A stretch of 63,409 nucleotides of DNA. Source: a virus (lineage: Duplodnaviria; Caudoviricetes). The notes beneath the pieces were generated by a model that saw only the letters and a list, made by a program, of their open reading frames with translations, was not told the origin of the DNA and did not search any database. Position 1 is the stretch's first letter. Every line of letters starts with the position of its first letter. Of the stretch, positions 16,697 through 29,900 are shown one piece after another. The stretch spans positions 1-63,409 of IMG/VR virus record IMGVR_UViG_3300033125_000241. One strand, given 5' to 3'. The position numbers and the translations under genes are program-made.

Positions 16697-17903
16697 CTTA
16701 GCTAATAGAGCTGTTAATATACTTAAAGATAAAAAAATAGTATACCTATCATTGGCCGTACGCGTTGGTAAGACCTTGACGGCTTTAGAAACAGCTAAAC
16801 TATATGGAGCTAAACGAGTTCTATTCTTAACAAAAAAGAAGGCTATATCATCAATACAAAATGACTATAAGAATTTCGGCTATGAATTTGAATTGACAGT
16901 CATAAATGACGAGTCAATGCATAAATTAGAAGATACAGACTACGACTTAGTAATTCATGACGAGCACCATAGATTCGGAGCATTCCCAAAGCCAGGACTA
17001 GCAACAAAGACTTTTAGAGATATGTTTTGTGATGTACCAATGATATTCTTGTCAGGTACAATGACACCAGAGTCATACAGCCAAGTATACCATCAGTTTT
17101 GGGTGTCTATCTATAGTCCATTCAAACATTATGCAAACTTCTACAGGTGGGCTGATGATTATGTTAACAAGTTTCAGAAAAAAATTAATGGGTTTTTAGT
17201 TAATGACTACTCGAAAGGAAATGAGTTGAAGATAATGGCTGCTATTGCACCTTATGTAATTACATTCACACAGCAACAAGCAGGATTCTCTACTGAGATT
17301 GAGGAAGAAGTATTGCATATCGCGATGAGCGATAAGACAAAGATGATTGTGAAGAAGCTCGAAAAAGATTTGGTGGTTGAAGGCAAGGATGAAGTTATAT
17401 TGGCAGACACTCCAGTTAAACTAATGCAAAAACTGCATCAGTTATGGAGTGGTACTGTCAAGTTTGAGAGTGGTAATAGTATGGTTATTGATACCACTAA
17501 GGCTGAGTTTATCAAGTCGCAATTTGCGACATCAAAGATAGGCATATTCTACAAGTTTAAAGAAGAGTTAAACGCACTAAAGCAAGTGTTGGGTGATAGC
17601 TTAACTACAGAGCTTGATAAGTTTGACAATGAGGACTTTCAGTTTATAGCTTTACAAATAGTATCTGGAAGAGAAGGAATTTCTCTTAAAAATGCTGACT
17701 ATGTAGTATTCTATAACATTGACTTTAGTGCTACATCATATTGGCAGGCACGTGATCGTATGACTACTATGGATAGGAATTTCAATAAGGTATACTGGTT
17801 ATTCAGTGAAGGTGGTATTGAGGACAAAATATACAAAGCTGTCAAGGCAAAGAAAAAATATACTGTTAATATATTTAAGAAAGATTATGACAAGAAGGAC
17901 TAA
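16668..17903 (+). CDS. SF2 (SNF2-like) helicase
   Basis: LRSYQ, VRVGKT, DEHH, LSGT, SGREGISL, QARDR. Confidence 0.88.
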   Translation: MLELRSYQVDLANRAVNILKDKKIVYLSLAVRVGKTLTALETAKLYGAKRVLFLTKKKAISSIQNDYKNFGYEFELTVINDESMHKLEDTDYDLVIHDEHHRFGAFPKPGLATKTFRDMFCDVPMIFLSGTMTPESYSQVYHQFWVSIYSPFKHYANFYRWADDYVNKFQKKINGFLVNDYSKGNELKIMAAIAPYVITFTQQQAGFSTEIEEEVLHIAMSDKTKMIVKKLEKDLVVEGKDEVILADTPVKLMQKLHQLWSGTVKFESGNSMVIDTTKAEFIKSQFATSKIGIFYKFKEELNALKQVLGDSLTTELDKFDNEDFQFIALQIVSGREGISLKNADYVVFYNIDFSATSYWQARDRMTTMDRNFNKVYWLFSEGGIEDKIYKAVKAKKKYTVNIFKKDYDKKD

Positions 17904-18183
17904 ACACCAGTTGTATCGAGATGGGATATTGAACTGTTATAGAGAACTATATAAAAAAGCTACACCATCAGTTGACTTTGACGAGTTAATGGCAAGTACT
18001 CCATTGGATGAGAGAGGATTAAAGGTTATTGACTTTAGTGCTTATAAGCTGAATAGATTTATGTATGAAGATATTGTTGATAAGCATATAAAAAGAAATA
18101 AGTTGAAAGGGCCTTTAGCTCAATCATTCAGAATAGAGATGTACATGGGTTGTGGTCCAAAAAGAACGATTGAATGGAATTAG
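17887..18183 (+). CDS. hypothetical protein
   Basis: start moved to ATG 17887 (MTRRTK). Confidence 0.65.
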   Translation: MTRRTKHQLYRDGILNCYRELYKKATPSVDFDELMASTPLDERGLKVIDFSAYKLNRFMYEDIVDKHIKRNKLKGPLAQSFRIEMYMGCGPKRTIEWN

Positions 18184-18206
18184 TTGTATTTTATTAAAAG
18201 TTTGTT

Positions 18207-18214
18207 TAGATTTG
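18207..18214 (+). promoter_or_regulatory. -7 promoter element TAGATTTG
   Basis: 5 nt before the TTG start at 18220. Confidence 0.6.
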
Positions 18215-18219
18215 TCTAA

Positions 18220-18486
18220 TTGGCAACTGAGCAACAAATACAATCTAAATTAATCAAGCAACTCGAGAAGGACGGCTACTATGTTATCAAGTTATCTGTC
18301 ACCAATAAGACAGGCATACCTGACCTTTTAGCGATACCAAAGAATGCAGACGTACATTTTATAGAGGTAAAGCGTCCTGGACAAAAGCCAAGACCTTTAC
18401 AAGTATACAGAATTAAAGAACTAAACAATCATGGCATTAAAGCATCAGTCTACGATGGTACGCAATTCTATAATGTTTCAGAATAA
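18220..18486 (+). CDS. VRR-NUC nuclease / Holliday junction resolvase
   Basis: E..IQ, GIPDL, FIEVK, PLQ. Confidence 0.85.
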   Translation: MATEQQIQSKLIKQLEKDGYYVIKLSVTNKTGIPDLLAIPKNADVHFIEVKRPGQKPRPLQVYRIKELNNHGIKASVYDGTQFYNVSE

Positions 18487-18793
18487 CAAGACGAGAATTA
18501 AAGAATTATGTACAGAAGGAAAGACATTAGAAGAGATAAGTGAAATAACAGGTGTTCCGGCATGGATTATTCAAAAGTTTATTAGAGGGATAATCGTAAA
18601 GCACTATGGTAACATTGATTTAGGGTATAAGGATAGTCCTTACTATGAATCAGAGGAAGAAATGTTTAATGATAAAGAATATAATTTTAATAGTTTAAGC
18701 GATGGAGAAAGAGAAATTTATATCGAACGAGAAAAAGCTGGCGAGCTTGGTAAGTATTTTGCCAGTCCTTATGGACTTCATGGAGGACGTTAA
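18473..18793 (+). CDS. HTH protein
   Basis: GKTLEEISEITGVPAWII; start at MFQNNK. Confidence 0.6.
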   Translation: MFQNNKTRIKELCTEGKTLEEISEITGVPAWIIQKFIRGIIVKHYGNIDLGYKDSPYYESEEEMFNDKEYNFNSLSDGEREIYIEREKAGELGKYFASPYGLHGGR

Positions 18794-18980
18794 GGAAGTC
18801 TACCCAAAGTTATATAACAAGGCAATCAAGAAAGCAGGTAATGATTTTGTAGAACAAGTTCTAAAACAGAGTGACCAGCTCTATAAGAAGATGGACATTG
18901 AGGATGACGATGAGCTAAAAGAATTTTACTTCCAACTAGATAACATGGGTTTAGCATTTAGAACTTGGCTAAAAGAATAA
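18702..18980 (+). CDS. hypothetical protein
   Basis: ORF. Confidence 0.65.
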   Translation: MEKEKFISNEKKLASLVSILPVLMDFMEDVKEVYPKLYNKAIKKAGNDFVEQVLKQSDQLYKKMDIEDDDELKEFYFQLDNMGLAFRTWLKE

Positions 18981-18984
18981 TAGT

Positions 18985-19224
18985 ATGGGAAAGATAATAT
19001 TAGAATTCGATTCAATCGAAGAGAAGATTGATGCACGAGATGCATTGGATGGTTACAAGTGGAAACTAGCTATGTCTGATTTAGATGAGCAGCTAAGATC
19101 TATTGCTAAATATGGTGCTTATGATAATATACAAGTAACTCAAATTGAATGTGATCTTGCTGATAAATTAAGAGAAGAAATAAGAATTATATTAGATGGA
19201 TACGGAATCAACCTCGAACACTAA
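18985..19224 (+). CDS. hypothetical protein
   Basis: ORF. Confidence 0.7.
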   Translation: MGKIILEFDSIEEKIDARDALDGYKWKLAMSDLDEQLRSIAKYGAYDNIQVTQIECDLADKLREEIRIILDGYGINLEH

Positions 19225-19468
19225 AGGAGTCTATTGTGCAGATGTCGTAGTAAAAGCTATTCCAATTTCAATGAATTCAAAACTGCCAAAAGTTGTTAAA
19301 ACTTTGGTAAATATACCAATAGCTTTAGATGATAACTCAAAAGTTATTAGCGAATACTTCATAAATAAAGTGATTAAAAGAGAAAATCTTAGCAAATATA
19401 AGGTTAATTATGAGATAATTACAAAAAAATACTTGTCAGGATTATGTTATGATGTAAATAAATCATAA
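19196..19468 (+). CDS. hypothetical protein
   Basis: ORF. Confidence 0.6.
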   Translation: MDTESTSNTKGVYCADVVVKAIPISMNSKLPKVVKTLVNIPIALDDNSKVISEYFINKVIKRENLSKYKVNYEIITKKYLSGLCYDVNKS

Positions 19469-19482
19469 ATTTGTTTATAATA

Positions 19483-19653
19483 ATGGAGCACATCAACTAT
19501 GTAAATGCAGTAATGACCGAAATCAATGATTTAACGGACTGCATCTACGAGTCTTTAGTTGATGGTGACTACAAAGAAATGAAATCAAATATACAGAGCT
19601 TAATCAGAGCACTGAGAGACTTAGATAGGACACATGAAAAGATACCGGAATAG
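19483..19653 (+). CDS. hypothetical protein
   Basis: ATG 19483 just after TAAATTTG (19466-19473). Confidence 0.6.
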   Translation: MEHINYVNAVMTEINDLTDCIYESLVDGDYKEMKSNIQSLIRALRDLDRTHEKIPE

Positions 19654-20743
19654 AGCCATTGAATTATTTTTTGAAGAGAATAAAAGTCGTAGTAATATAG
19701 CTAAACAAATCACAAAGGAATTCAACTTAACAGAGAATCTATCATCTATAGAAAGAAACATTCGTAACTGGACTAGAGATAGAGGCCTATATGAAGCTTG
19801 TAAAAAAGCAGGTATAGACTATGAAAAAGTCAGTCACTATTGGCATAAAGGTAAGCACTTCAGTATCAATGTAAAGAAGAATGATGAGTTTGACTATGAT
19901 GCATTCAAGCAAGACTTAATCGAAGAAATTTCTAAATGGAGTCCAAGATATCCTACATTCAGAAGAGAGAAGTCATACGAACCTCACTGCCTTGTTTTTG
20001 ATCCTGCTGATATACACATAGGAAAGATTTGTTCTAGCTTTGAGACTGGCGAGAATTACAACATGCAGATAGCTGTTCAGAGAGTTCGTGAAGGCCTGCA
20101 TGGTATATTAAATAAGTCAGCTGCTTTCAGTATTGACAAGATTATTTTTATCGCAGGTAATGACATCTTACATATTGACAATCCAAAACGAACAACAACA
20201 AGTGGTACACCACAGGACACTGATGGGATGTGGTACGATAACTTTATGACGTCCAAGAAACTTCTTATTGAAATCATTGAGACATTGATGACAATAGCTG
20301 ACGTGCATGTTGTATATAACCCAAGCAACCATGATTTTATGTCTGGTTTTATGTTATTACAATGTGTTGAATCATGGTTTAGGAAATGCGATCAAGTTAC
20401 ATTTGACAATGACATGAAGCATCGTAAGTATATTTCTTACGGAAAGAATTTGATTGGTTCTACTCATATGGATGGAGCAAAGCAACAAGACCTACCATTA
20501 CTTATGGCTCATGAGGCGGGTGCTTCTTGGCATGAGTGCAAGCATCGTTATATATATGGACATCACATACATCATAAAACATCAAAAGACTACATGTCAG
20601 TATGTGTAGAGACATTACGATCACCTAGTGGCACTGATGGTTGGCATCATCGTAATGGTTATCAGCATAGCCCAAAAGCAATCGAGGGGTTTATCCATCA
20701 CCCTGAGCATGGACAGATTGCACGTTTAACACATTTATTCTGA
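19634..20743 (+). CDS. calcineurin-like metallophosphoesterase with N-terminal HTH
   Basis: ADIHIG, GNDILH, SNHD, THMD, GHHIHH. Confidence 0.85.
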   Translation: MKRYRNRAIELFFEENKSRSNIAKQITKEFNLTENLSSIERNIRNWTRDRGLYEACKKAGIDYEKVSHYWHKGKHFSINVKKNDEFDYDAFKQDLIEEISKWSPRYPTFRREKSYEPHCLVFDPADIHIGKICSSFETGENYNMQIAVQRVREGLHGILNKSAAFSIDKIIFIAGNDILHIDNPKRTTTSGTPQDTDGMWYDNFMTSKKLLIEIIETLMTIADVHVVYNPSNHDFMSGFMLLQCVESWFRKCDQVTFDNDMKHRKYISYGKNLIGSTHMDGAKQQDLPLLMAHEAGASWHECKHRYIYGHHIHHKTSKDYMSVCVETLRSPSGTDGWHHRNGYQHSPKAIEGFIHHPEHGQIARLTHLF

Positions 20744-20907
20744 TGATAACAGTTGAGGAAATGATAGCTGTTGTAGAAAACTACATCTACGAAAAGAAAA
20801 AAGTAAGGGTGCGCATCGAACTACGATACCACCCTTTCCTTATTCATTCTGACCTCAGCAAACTTAATTACTGTTACGGCATTGCTTTAGATTATTTTAA
20901 AATCTGA
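20743..20907 (+). CDS. hypothetical protein (54 aa, not in ORF track); last gene of the + arm
   Basis: TGATG coupling; converges on the giant gene. Confidence 0.55.
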   Translation: MITVEEMIAVVENYIYEKKKVRVRIELRYHPFLIHSDLSKLNYCYGIALDYFKI

Positions 20908-23900
20908 TCGGCTGTCTTTCCGTCTTTGATATCTATTATATCTCTAATACCTGGCTCACCTATAGCCTTCATAACTTTTATGTACTCCCTTCCTTGACGT
21001 TCTGTCAAACCGCCATTTCTTTCTATGAACTCTATTTCGGAAATGGCTGTTTCGGATTCCTTTTTATTTTTTATCAATTCAACTTCCCAAGATTTAAGAT
21101 TACGTCCTAGTTCTTTTTGTACAGCATCATATCGCTCGTACTGTTTTTCTGTTACTGCTTTTTTCTTAATTCTATTAACGTAGTTTCTCCCTATAGATCC
21201 TATATCTTTTGGTAATAGACCAGTAGAGTATGCTACCATAAATGGAACAGCATATGCGACTTTTTTACGATCTGACTCTAAAAGCTTTTTAGTAGTTTCT
21301 CTTCCTTGATACTCATCAGTAAATTCTCCTGTTGTGGCTAGTTTACCTATTTCACCTAACTCCTGGTAAGTACTTCCTGCTATACCAATCATACCATAAC
21401 TTCTATCAAATTCATCTTCAAAAACTTGATATTTTGCTTCTTCTTTTATTTTATTAATATATTCCGCTTCAGTTTTTTCATCCATTGGATATTCACCTTT
21501 TAACTCTAGTACTTTATTTCTGCTATTAACAGCATCTTTTATTTCCTTATCACTCATCCAAGGATACTGAGCTAATGATTGATTTAATCCCCAAGTAGTT
21601 AAACCATCCATCATAGGGATTGGAGAAACAATATCATTAACAATACTTTTTACTGGGTACTTAGTAGCATTAATTAATTTTTTCTTTTTTGTTTCTTCAT
21701 CATCATCGTCACCAAGTAATGATGCTGCAATCATATCATATAATCTTCTTATACCAAATCCAATCATCTGATATGCAGCTAATTCAGCTCCTAAGCCAGC
21801 TAATGATCTAAACGCAATAATTTTATCTTCTTTAGTTGCTGTCTTACTTGCTATTGTCTGAAAGTCGTTATACATACGAGCTTTTTGATTCAAGATAAAT
21901 GATGCAAATGGAAGAACTATTTTTCTAGCTATCTGTTTTATTGGATCATCACTAGATAAGAACTCACCTGCTAGCATAGGATCAGATATGTTTTGCTGTC
22001 TATCAATCATAGCTTGAGCATATTCAGCAGCTTCCATATCCATTTTATGTGTAGTCCAATCAATATCAGTACTTATACCTCTACGTTTTAAATTTTGTAG
22101 GTAGTAAGATTTAAATGATGACCTAGCAACAAAAACATCAGGTTTAACCAAGAATTGCTTTAAGTACCATTGGTTTAAGTCAGTAACAGACTTTAATGCT
22201 TCTTGAACTCCAGTTCCTTTCATGTCAATTTTTCTATCTATTGATTGAACTGTTGATTGTGATTCAAGACCACGATTTGAAATTGGAAGTCCTGATTCAT
22301 TTAGCCAAGCGTTAAAATCAGCTCCAGCAAAATCAAACCTACCAGCATTCACAACAGTGTTTACCATTACTGGAATTGTCTGACTTACAGCTTGATTAAT
22401 ACCACCAAGAGCCTTACCTACTCCAAGAGCTGTGGCAAAATTAACAAGTTTGTTAAGGTATTGAATTGTATCTGATGGAACAACATTTTTACCTTTTGCT
22501 CTTCTTATATAACTATTAATTCTCTTAGTCAATATTGCTCTATCCTCAGACTCAGGAATTAATTTCTTGAATGATTTTGAATTAATAAAACCATCAACTT
22601 GACGAATAGCAGAAGCAGTATTAATATCAGTAAGTGCCGACTTTAATGCCTTTGAATTATTTGTGTCGAAATCAAGACTAATATATCTACCATCAGGCAT
22701 TACATTTGGTCTTGTTGTTTCCATAAGAACACCAGTCTTATTTTTATCAGTATAATCTATAGATATTGCAAAAGCACCATTTCTTTCAACAGCTCCTTCA
22801 TCAAGTGATTGATTTTCTGAAGATAACCTTTTGTACTTATCTGGTGTATAGTTTAAATCGCTACCAAGTTGAGTGTTGTATACAGACAAACTTATGTCTG
22901 ATAAATCAGAATAGTGTTGAGACCATTGATTAACCCACCAATTTACAGCATCTAAATTATTTTTTGAGGCATTTGAATTAATCACATCCATATCCATTTC
23001 TGATACACCTAGCTTATCATAAATCTTTTGATATAGTTCCCCCATTTTTTGTTCTTTAGAATCACCATCTTCAATTAATTTATTGATAGATTCTTGTATC
23101 ATTCTAACTCTTCTTTCAAACTCTGCTTTCATTTCAGTTGGACTTCCAATCAAGTTTCTTTTCAAGAATGCAAGCATACCTCTTTCGTATACATTCTCAG
23201 CGTCCATGAAATCTTTATTCATGACATATTTACCAAGAGCGTTTTTTGTAGAGTAAAAAGGTTGTTTTGAATATTGATCTAAAATATCATTATGTTGTCT
23301 ATTGGCTTTATTAACTCCATTGATTAATTTAATGAGGCCCATCTTATTCATCATATTTAATGAATTAGTTACACCACCAAACATCTTTTCCATTAACATC
23401 GGAAGAGAGAATAATTGCTCACTATATATTTTACCAACATAATTACTAAAGAACAATCTTAATGACTTAGCTTTCTTTCCTCTAGCAACAAGTGATTTTG
23501 CATTTACAGCTCCCTCATAAGAACTAACTGCTGCCTCAAGACCACTTGTTATTTGATTAGTTATAAAATTCTCTAAGCTTTCAACAATTTTGATTGCATC
23601 TCTTACTGACATTTCATTAAGGTCAATATTCAATGCTCTCTTAATTAGTTCTTTTTGCTTTTCATCAAATGTTATTTCCTCACCAGTCATTGGATCGATA
23701 CCTGTCTTTAACATTGTATCAAGTATTGATGACATAATTCCAAACCTGCCATTTAAGTAATCTTTGACATACTTTTCTTTTTCAGTTGTATCCATTTGAC
23801 TAGTTGGATCTTTCAATGCATTGATTACATCTTGCATGTCTTTCAATGACATCTCATTATCTAAGAAATCATAAGTAGCTAAAAGCTCTTGTTTTTGTAT

Positions 23901-26900
23901 ATCTTCTTGTCTTGTAATTTCTTGATTTGTATACTCAGAAACTTCAGCAATATTTGCAGCTTCTTTCATTACAACATCAAGTCCTTTTACTCGTGAAGGC
24001 TTAACAGCATTTGCAACTTTCTCAGCCATTGCAATATACGTATCAATGTCATCAACCATTGACGGATCAATATTTGCAAACTCCTTAGCCATACCCACTA
24101 CTTCAGCCTGGTTGTCAGTCTTTAATGCCTTACGGATTGATTTTCGTAATTTGAATGCATCGTCTAATCTTTGTTGGTAGTCAGACCTTTCAAATACCTT
24201 AGCAGCATAGTTAACAAATCTCTCAACCAATACCGGATTATCTAAGTTAAGGTTGCTAATTCTTTTAATTAGAACACCTGCTTGAGCGGCTTTAATCTTA
24301 CCAAGTTTAACCATACCACTAATAGCAGCAGCAAGAGCTTTTCTTTTAGCATTTAAATCACCCTTAGCTTCACGAGCAGCTTTTGCCTGCAATCTAAGTT
24401 CATTTTTATATGCTGTCATTTCATTTACAGTAACCTTCTTAGGTTTTGGCTTTCCTAATATCTTAGCAACTGATGGAGCTTTCTTGAGTTTCTCACCAAA
24501 GAACTCTTTTAATTCTCTCTCGGCATTTTCTCTTTGTGTATCATCAGTATTTTTATACCAATCTGACTTTCTTAAATCATTTAATGCAGCATCAACACCT
24601 TGCTTATGTGGATTGCCTCTTTGGTCTACTGACAGTATATATTTCTCTTTTGCTTTTTGTATTGCTTCTTGTTGTGTGTTGGCCTTTTGGAATTTGATAT
24701 TACGTGTCTCAGTACTGAATGTACCTACATTCTCAGTGGCTGACTTTATAGCTTTTGGATTCTTAGTAATGAATACATCTGACTCTATACCTCCATCTCG
24801 TTCAGACAATGGAATAGAATCTAATGTATTTTTTACAATGACTCCATCGTATTTATTTTCATCATAAGATATTTCTTCAGAATTATCTAGTAGGTCACCA
24901 TTAGCATCTATTTCAAATGGATTTCGGATGTTGAGGAATACCTTATACATTTCTCCACCAACATAAGGATTGAATTCTATTCCCTTTGATTTTAAGAAAT
25001 CGACAACTTTACCCATATAACCAAATGAATCATAAGAGTTAGATGGTTGGCTATCATTTTCTATATCTTTTAAAAAGTCTTCATATGACTCGTCATCTTC
25101 ACCTGTAATTTCACCTCCTTTTCGGAAGTGTCTAGTTTTCATAACGGCATCATTAAATTCAACCATTTCATCATAACTCATAGATGAAACAATTTTTGTT
25201 AGCTCGTCAATATTTGGTTCTTGAGAAATAAATTGGAATGTCTTAGCTACATTTTCGTTGTTAGTGAAAAAGAATCCCATTTTAGTTATATCTGCGCCTG
25301 TTGCACCACCTAGATATTCTGTTTTAAATTCATCAAAACCACCTTTGCTACCATGGTATGTCATTAACGGCTCACCATTTTCATCAACTACTTTACTTGC
25401 GTTAACAGGGTCGTTCTCCCAATCTCCAAACCATTTCTTGAACTCAGGTGTTCTTACTTGATTCCATTGCTTATCATTCAGATTGGATGGCTTACCATTA
25501 GGTGCAGTCTTTTGGAATTTAGGTTTTGATGGTTTATTACCTATTGATATTTCAATGTCTGATTCAGAAAGTAAGTTTTCTTCTATTGAAGATTTAAGAC
25601 GCTCTAATGATAATACTTTATCAGTTTTTTTATTTATTAAAGATCTTCTAAATTCAAAATCACTATCTGAGTTAGTAATTTTTCTTGATTGTTTTTCAAG
25701 ATCTTCTTTTAATAAATCTAATCTATAATTTATTGATTTTAAAAGACTATCTCTTAACTCTGTTATTTTTTTGTTTTTACCTCCAAGAAAATCAGGAATA
25801 TTTTTATCTTTAATATCAGCTAAATATTCAAAAGGTATACCTAATTCTTTAAATAAATCGGTAAAATCCTGCCCATAAATATTAATTTTTGATTCTTTCG
25901 TTTCTCCCTTTTGAAATTTAGGTTTTCCTTTCAACTCTAATCCCATTGTAGATACACCAGAAGTTGGGAATAATTTCTTTTGTCTATCCTTAGATATAGT
26001 CTCACCTGTTTCAGGATCTATAAAAACATCAGCCCAATTTTGACGATCTTGTAATATATGAATTTTTACTTTATTGTTTTTATTTTCAGATTGAATAGCT
26101 TTTGGATATGATTCATGTTTATCAGAATCTACAGGCTCTACTTTACCATTAAGTTCAACTATAGCATAAACTTGACCTCCATTTTTTCTATTAATATCTT
26201 CTTTTAATAAAGGTTCAGTAAACATCTCAGATATAGCTTGAGTCATATTTGCAGCTGATATGCTTATTTTACCAGTCTTAGATATTCCCTTGAAGTATTT
26301 ATTTTGAATACCTTCTGAAAACAACTTTCCAAATTGTTCAACAGATTTAGGATTTGATTTTATAATATTAGCAGCTTTTCTTATTAATTCTTCAGCAAAA
26401 GTTTTTCTATCCTCAAATGATGTGATATCTGGATTTAATAATTCCTTTATTCTTGATGTTACAGTATCAATAGAATCCGATTTGTTTATTTTAAATTTAG
26501 TTCCTAAACCAACAATTTTTATTTTATATTGCTTATTTCCTTTTTTGTCAAGAACAGGCACTCCATCTTTCTTTATTAATGTCTTTTTTTCTTCTGTGGC
26601 ATTTGCAGCACTATTAAGTATTGTTTTTAACTGAGTTGGAGTTATAGAGAAGTTTTTATCAAATGCTTTAGATGAAAAGAAATCTAATACTGCATTGGCC
26701 ATAGTAGTACTTGACATCAACTTGTCATATGGAGCTGAAGTTAAAGCCATGTATATAGTACCATTGTTTTGCTCAAATACCTTATTTAAATCTTCAGCCA
26801 TTTTTTTAGCTGTATCTTTTGTACTAGCCCAAAAATATCCATCATCATGGAATTTAATTGGATAGAATACACCACCTTTACCTTCAACTAATAGCTCTCC

Positions 26901-29900
26901 ATCTTTGTATATCGTTCCGGAGAAAGCTGCATCAGGTTGGTGTAAGAATATAATTTTACCTGCAAAGTCAGATAAGTTTTTGTCATCAGTTATATAACCT
27001 TCTTTTTTTAATTGGTCGAATTTTTCTCCATTTTTGTCATATACAAATGTCAATTTAGATAATGGGTCAGAGAAGTCAGCTTGGAATTTTACCTTACCTG
27101 TCTTTTTAACTTCTTCAGTTTTAATCTCTTGTCCAGTTCTAATTGATTTTGTTAAGCTGTTCATGAAGTCAACAGCATTCTTAGCATTTGCTGCTGCTGA
27201 GAACACAGTTGGTAAACCAAGTTTTTGAGCTAACTTATTAATTAAGTTCTTGAATTGTTGAAACTTAGTTGTAGTTAACTCTTGTTGTGCTTCAGCCATG
27301 ATACCACCAAGTTCAGCTATATATTCTTCAGCCGTTTCTGATGCATCATATCCTGATATAAAATTATCTAATCTTTGTTTTAATGCTTTATCTGATACAA
27401 CTGATTTTAAACCTTTAGCTAAATCAAGCATTGCGCCTGACTCAACACCTTTAACAACAAGAGCATGATGCATAGCTTCATGTAACATTGTTACAACGTC
27501 AGCACCATTCTCTAAGTTTATATGAATCTCTCCATCCACATAAGCACCTTTAGAACCTTCAGAAGATTTCTCACCTATACCTTGATCAAAATCAGCTGTA
27601 GTGTTATGCACATATACTTTAACACCTGGTAATGCTTTCATTGCTAACTTAGCAGCAGTATAAATTTTCTGAGCTACAGGAGTAGTCTGCTGAGCTCTTA
27701 ACTGATCAACATTCTCTGAAGTAACCAAGTTCTTTTGTGGTGTCTGTCTAACGGTTGGTTGAGCAGCAGGTTGAGCAACAGGTGCTTGTTGAACTACAGG
27801 CGCAGCTTTAACGTTAGGCACTTTTGTAGATACAAGCGTGTTACCATCTAACTTAAATTTATAAGTTTTATTATTGGCTTTATCATAAATGGTTACCTCA
27901 TCATTTTTCTTTAAGTAATCAATTATTGACTTATAGAAAGGAGTAAAGTCATCCTTAACACTTGTGTCACTTAAATCAGTATATGTAACCTCGTCAGTGT
28001 TATTTGGATTGGTATTTTTACCTAGTTGAACTAATGTTCTTTCAGCATTTGCTAGCTGAGGTAATATCTCTTTAGCCTTAGCATCTTCCTCAGTAGCTGT
28101 TAGTACATCGTAATCATTCTTTAAATCATTCAATATATCATCTTCAATAGGACTTCTATCTTGCTTTGACTCATAAGAATCTATACTTTCTTTAATAGAT
28201 TGTCTAGCATATTCAATTGGATTCTCATCCATTTTTTTCTGCTCTGTCTCACTTAATAAAGACCTTCTTCTATCAATTACTTCTTGGACTGCTTTACTTT
28301 CTTGGGCAGCGACTTGAGGTTCTGCTTGGGATTCTCCTTGCGCCACTTCTCTGCCAACTGCGGCTTCTGGCTGTACAGGAACTTCACCTGTTGTTTCGAC
28401 TTGAACGGCATTTTTACTTATTGTTTTTAGTTCTTCATTAATCTCGTTTATTCTCTCTGTCTGAGCAGTAACGAGAGCAGGGTCTTTCCCTTGTATTTCT
28501 TTAGTTAATCTATTTTTTTCTGATAGCATATTAACAGCATCAATTTGATCCTGCGCATTTAATTCTTCTGGTATTGATTCCATAACGGAAGTCAATTCAT
28601 TCATTGCATCAAGTCTTTCTTGAGCTTCTGATTTTGTAAGGTTACCTTTCAACATTTCTGTCTTTAGGTTACTTACAATTAATTTTTTGAATTCACTATC
28701 TTGAGATATTTCTTTTAAGTAATCTAAATCCTTTTCATCATAAAGCGATATGTTACCATTTTTTAGTCCAGATGCTACAGTTGAAAATGTTCCGATTGTT
28801 GCACCACCAATAGCTTCTGCTAAACCATCTTCAAGGACAGTAGAAAATACATCTCCAACTGTGTCAGGAGTTGCAAAAAATTCACCGCCACTTAGATTCT
28901 GAACTTCCTCTTCAGTCATTCCTGACTGTTTCACTTTATTATATAATGATTTGAGGCCAACATCTAAAACCAATGATTGAGTAGCACCAGTTTCAAATTC
29001 AGCTATTGCACCATTAGCAATTTTTAACAATCCTTTTCCTATTAAGCTCTTGACTTCTTTATCTATTATAGACTGTAGTACTTCACGAGTAGCATTCTTT
29101 GGCATTTTGCTTATTGATTTTGCCAATATATTTTTAACTACACCACCTGCAAATGACTCACCTTTAACTACATTCTTTAAACCATAGTTCTCAAGAACAC
29201 CCATTACTAATGAATACGGTACAGATATCATCGCTCTTTCTCCTACTGATGATGTAGCAAAGTCAGGATCATCTAACATCTCATCTTCAATTGAACTATA
29301 TGATTGAGCAGCGAGGCCAGTAAAGCTAGCAGTTGGATTAATTAATGATAATAACATTGCAGGAGTTGACTCAGCTACTCCATATATAGCTTTTTCAAAA
29401 AATCCTCTATCAGCAGACTTCATATATTCTTTAGTAGTCTGATCTGCACCAATTGCATCTACTAAAACTTTTCTTGACTCTGACTTAAAATCTTTTAATC
29501 TTTCATTTACTAATAAATTTTTTGTTTGTTCTCTTGAATAACCCTTGTTTTTATAAAATTGCTTTTCTTCAGGAGATAATTTATCATAATCATCAGATGC
29601 TTGTGCACCTTGAACAGATATAGCAAGAGTTGCTGGAGCTTCAACAATAGCTTTAGAAAATCCTGTTAAAAATGAATTAACTATACCACCTCCAAAACTA
29701 CCAGCTTTTGCTTTTTCAGTAACATATTTACCTGCTATAACATTTAATTTCTTTTGATTCTTTTGAATTGATTTACCTGATGACATTAAAAAATCAGCTC
29801 TAGTACTTAATGACTCAGCTTGTTCATCCAACATTTTTTTAGTTTGATCAAATTCTTCTTGTGACATTTGACCCGACTGTGATTTTTTATTGAATGTTTC

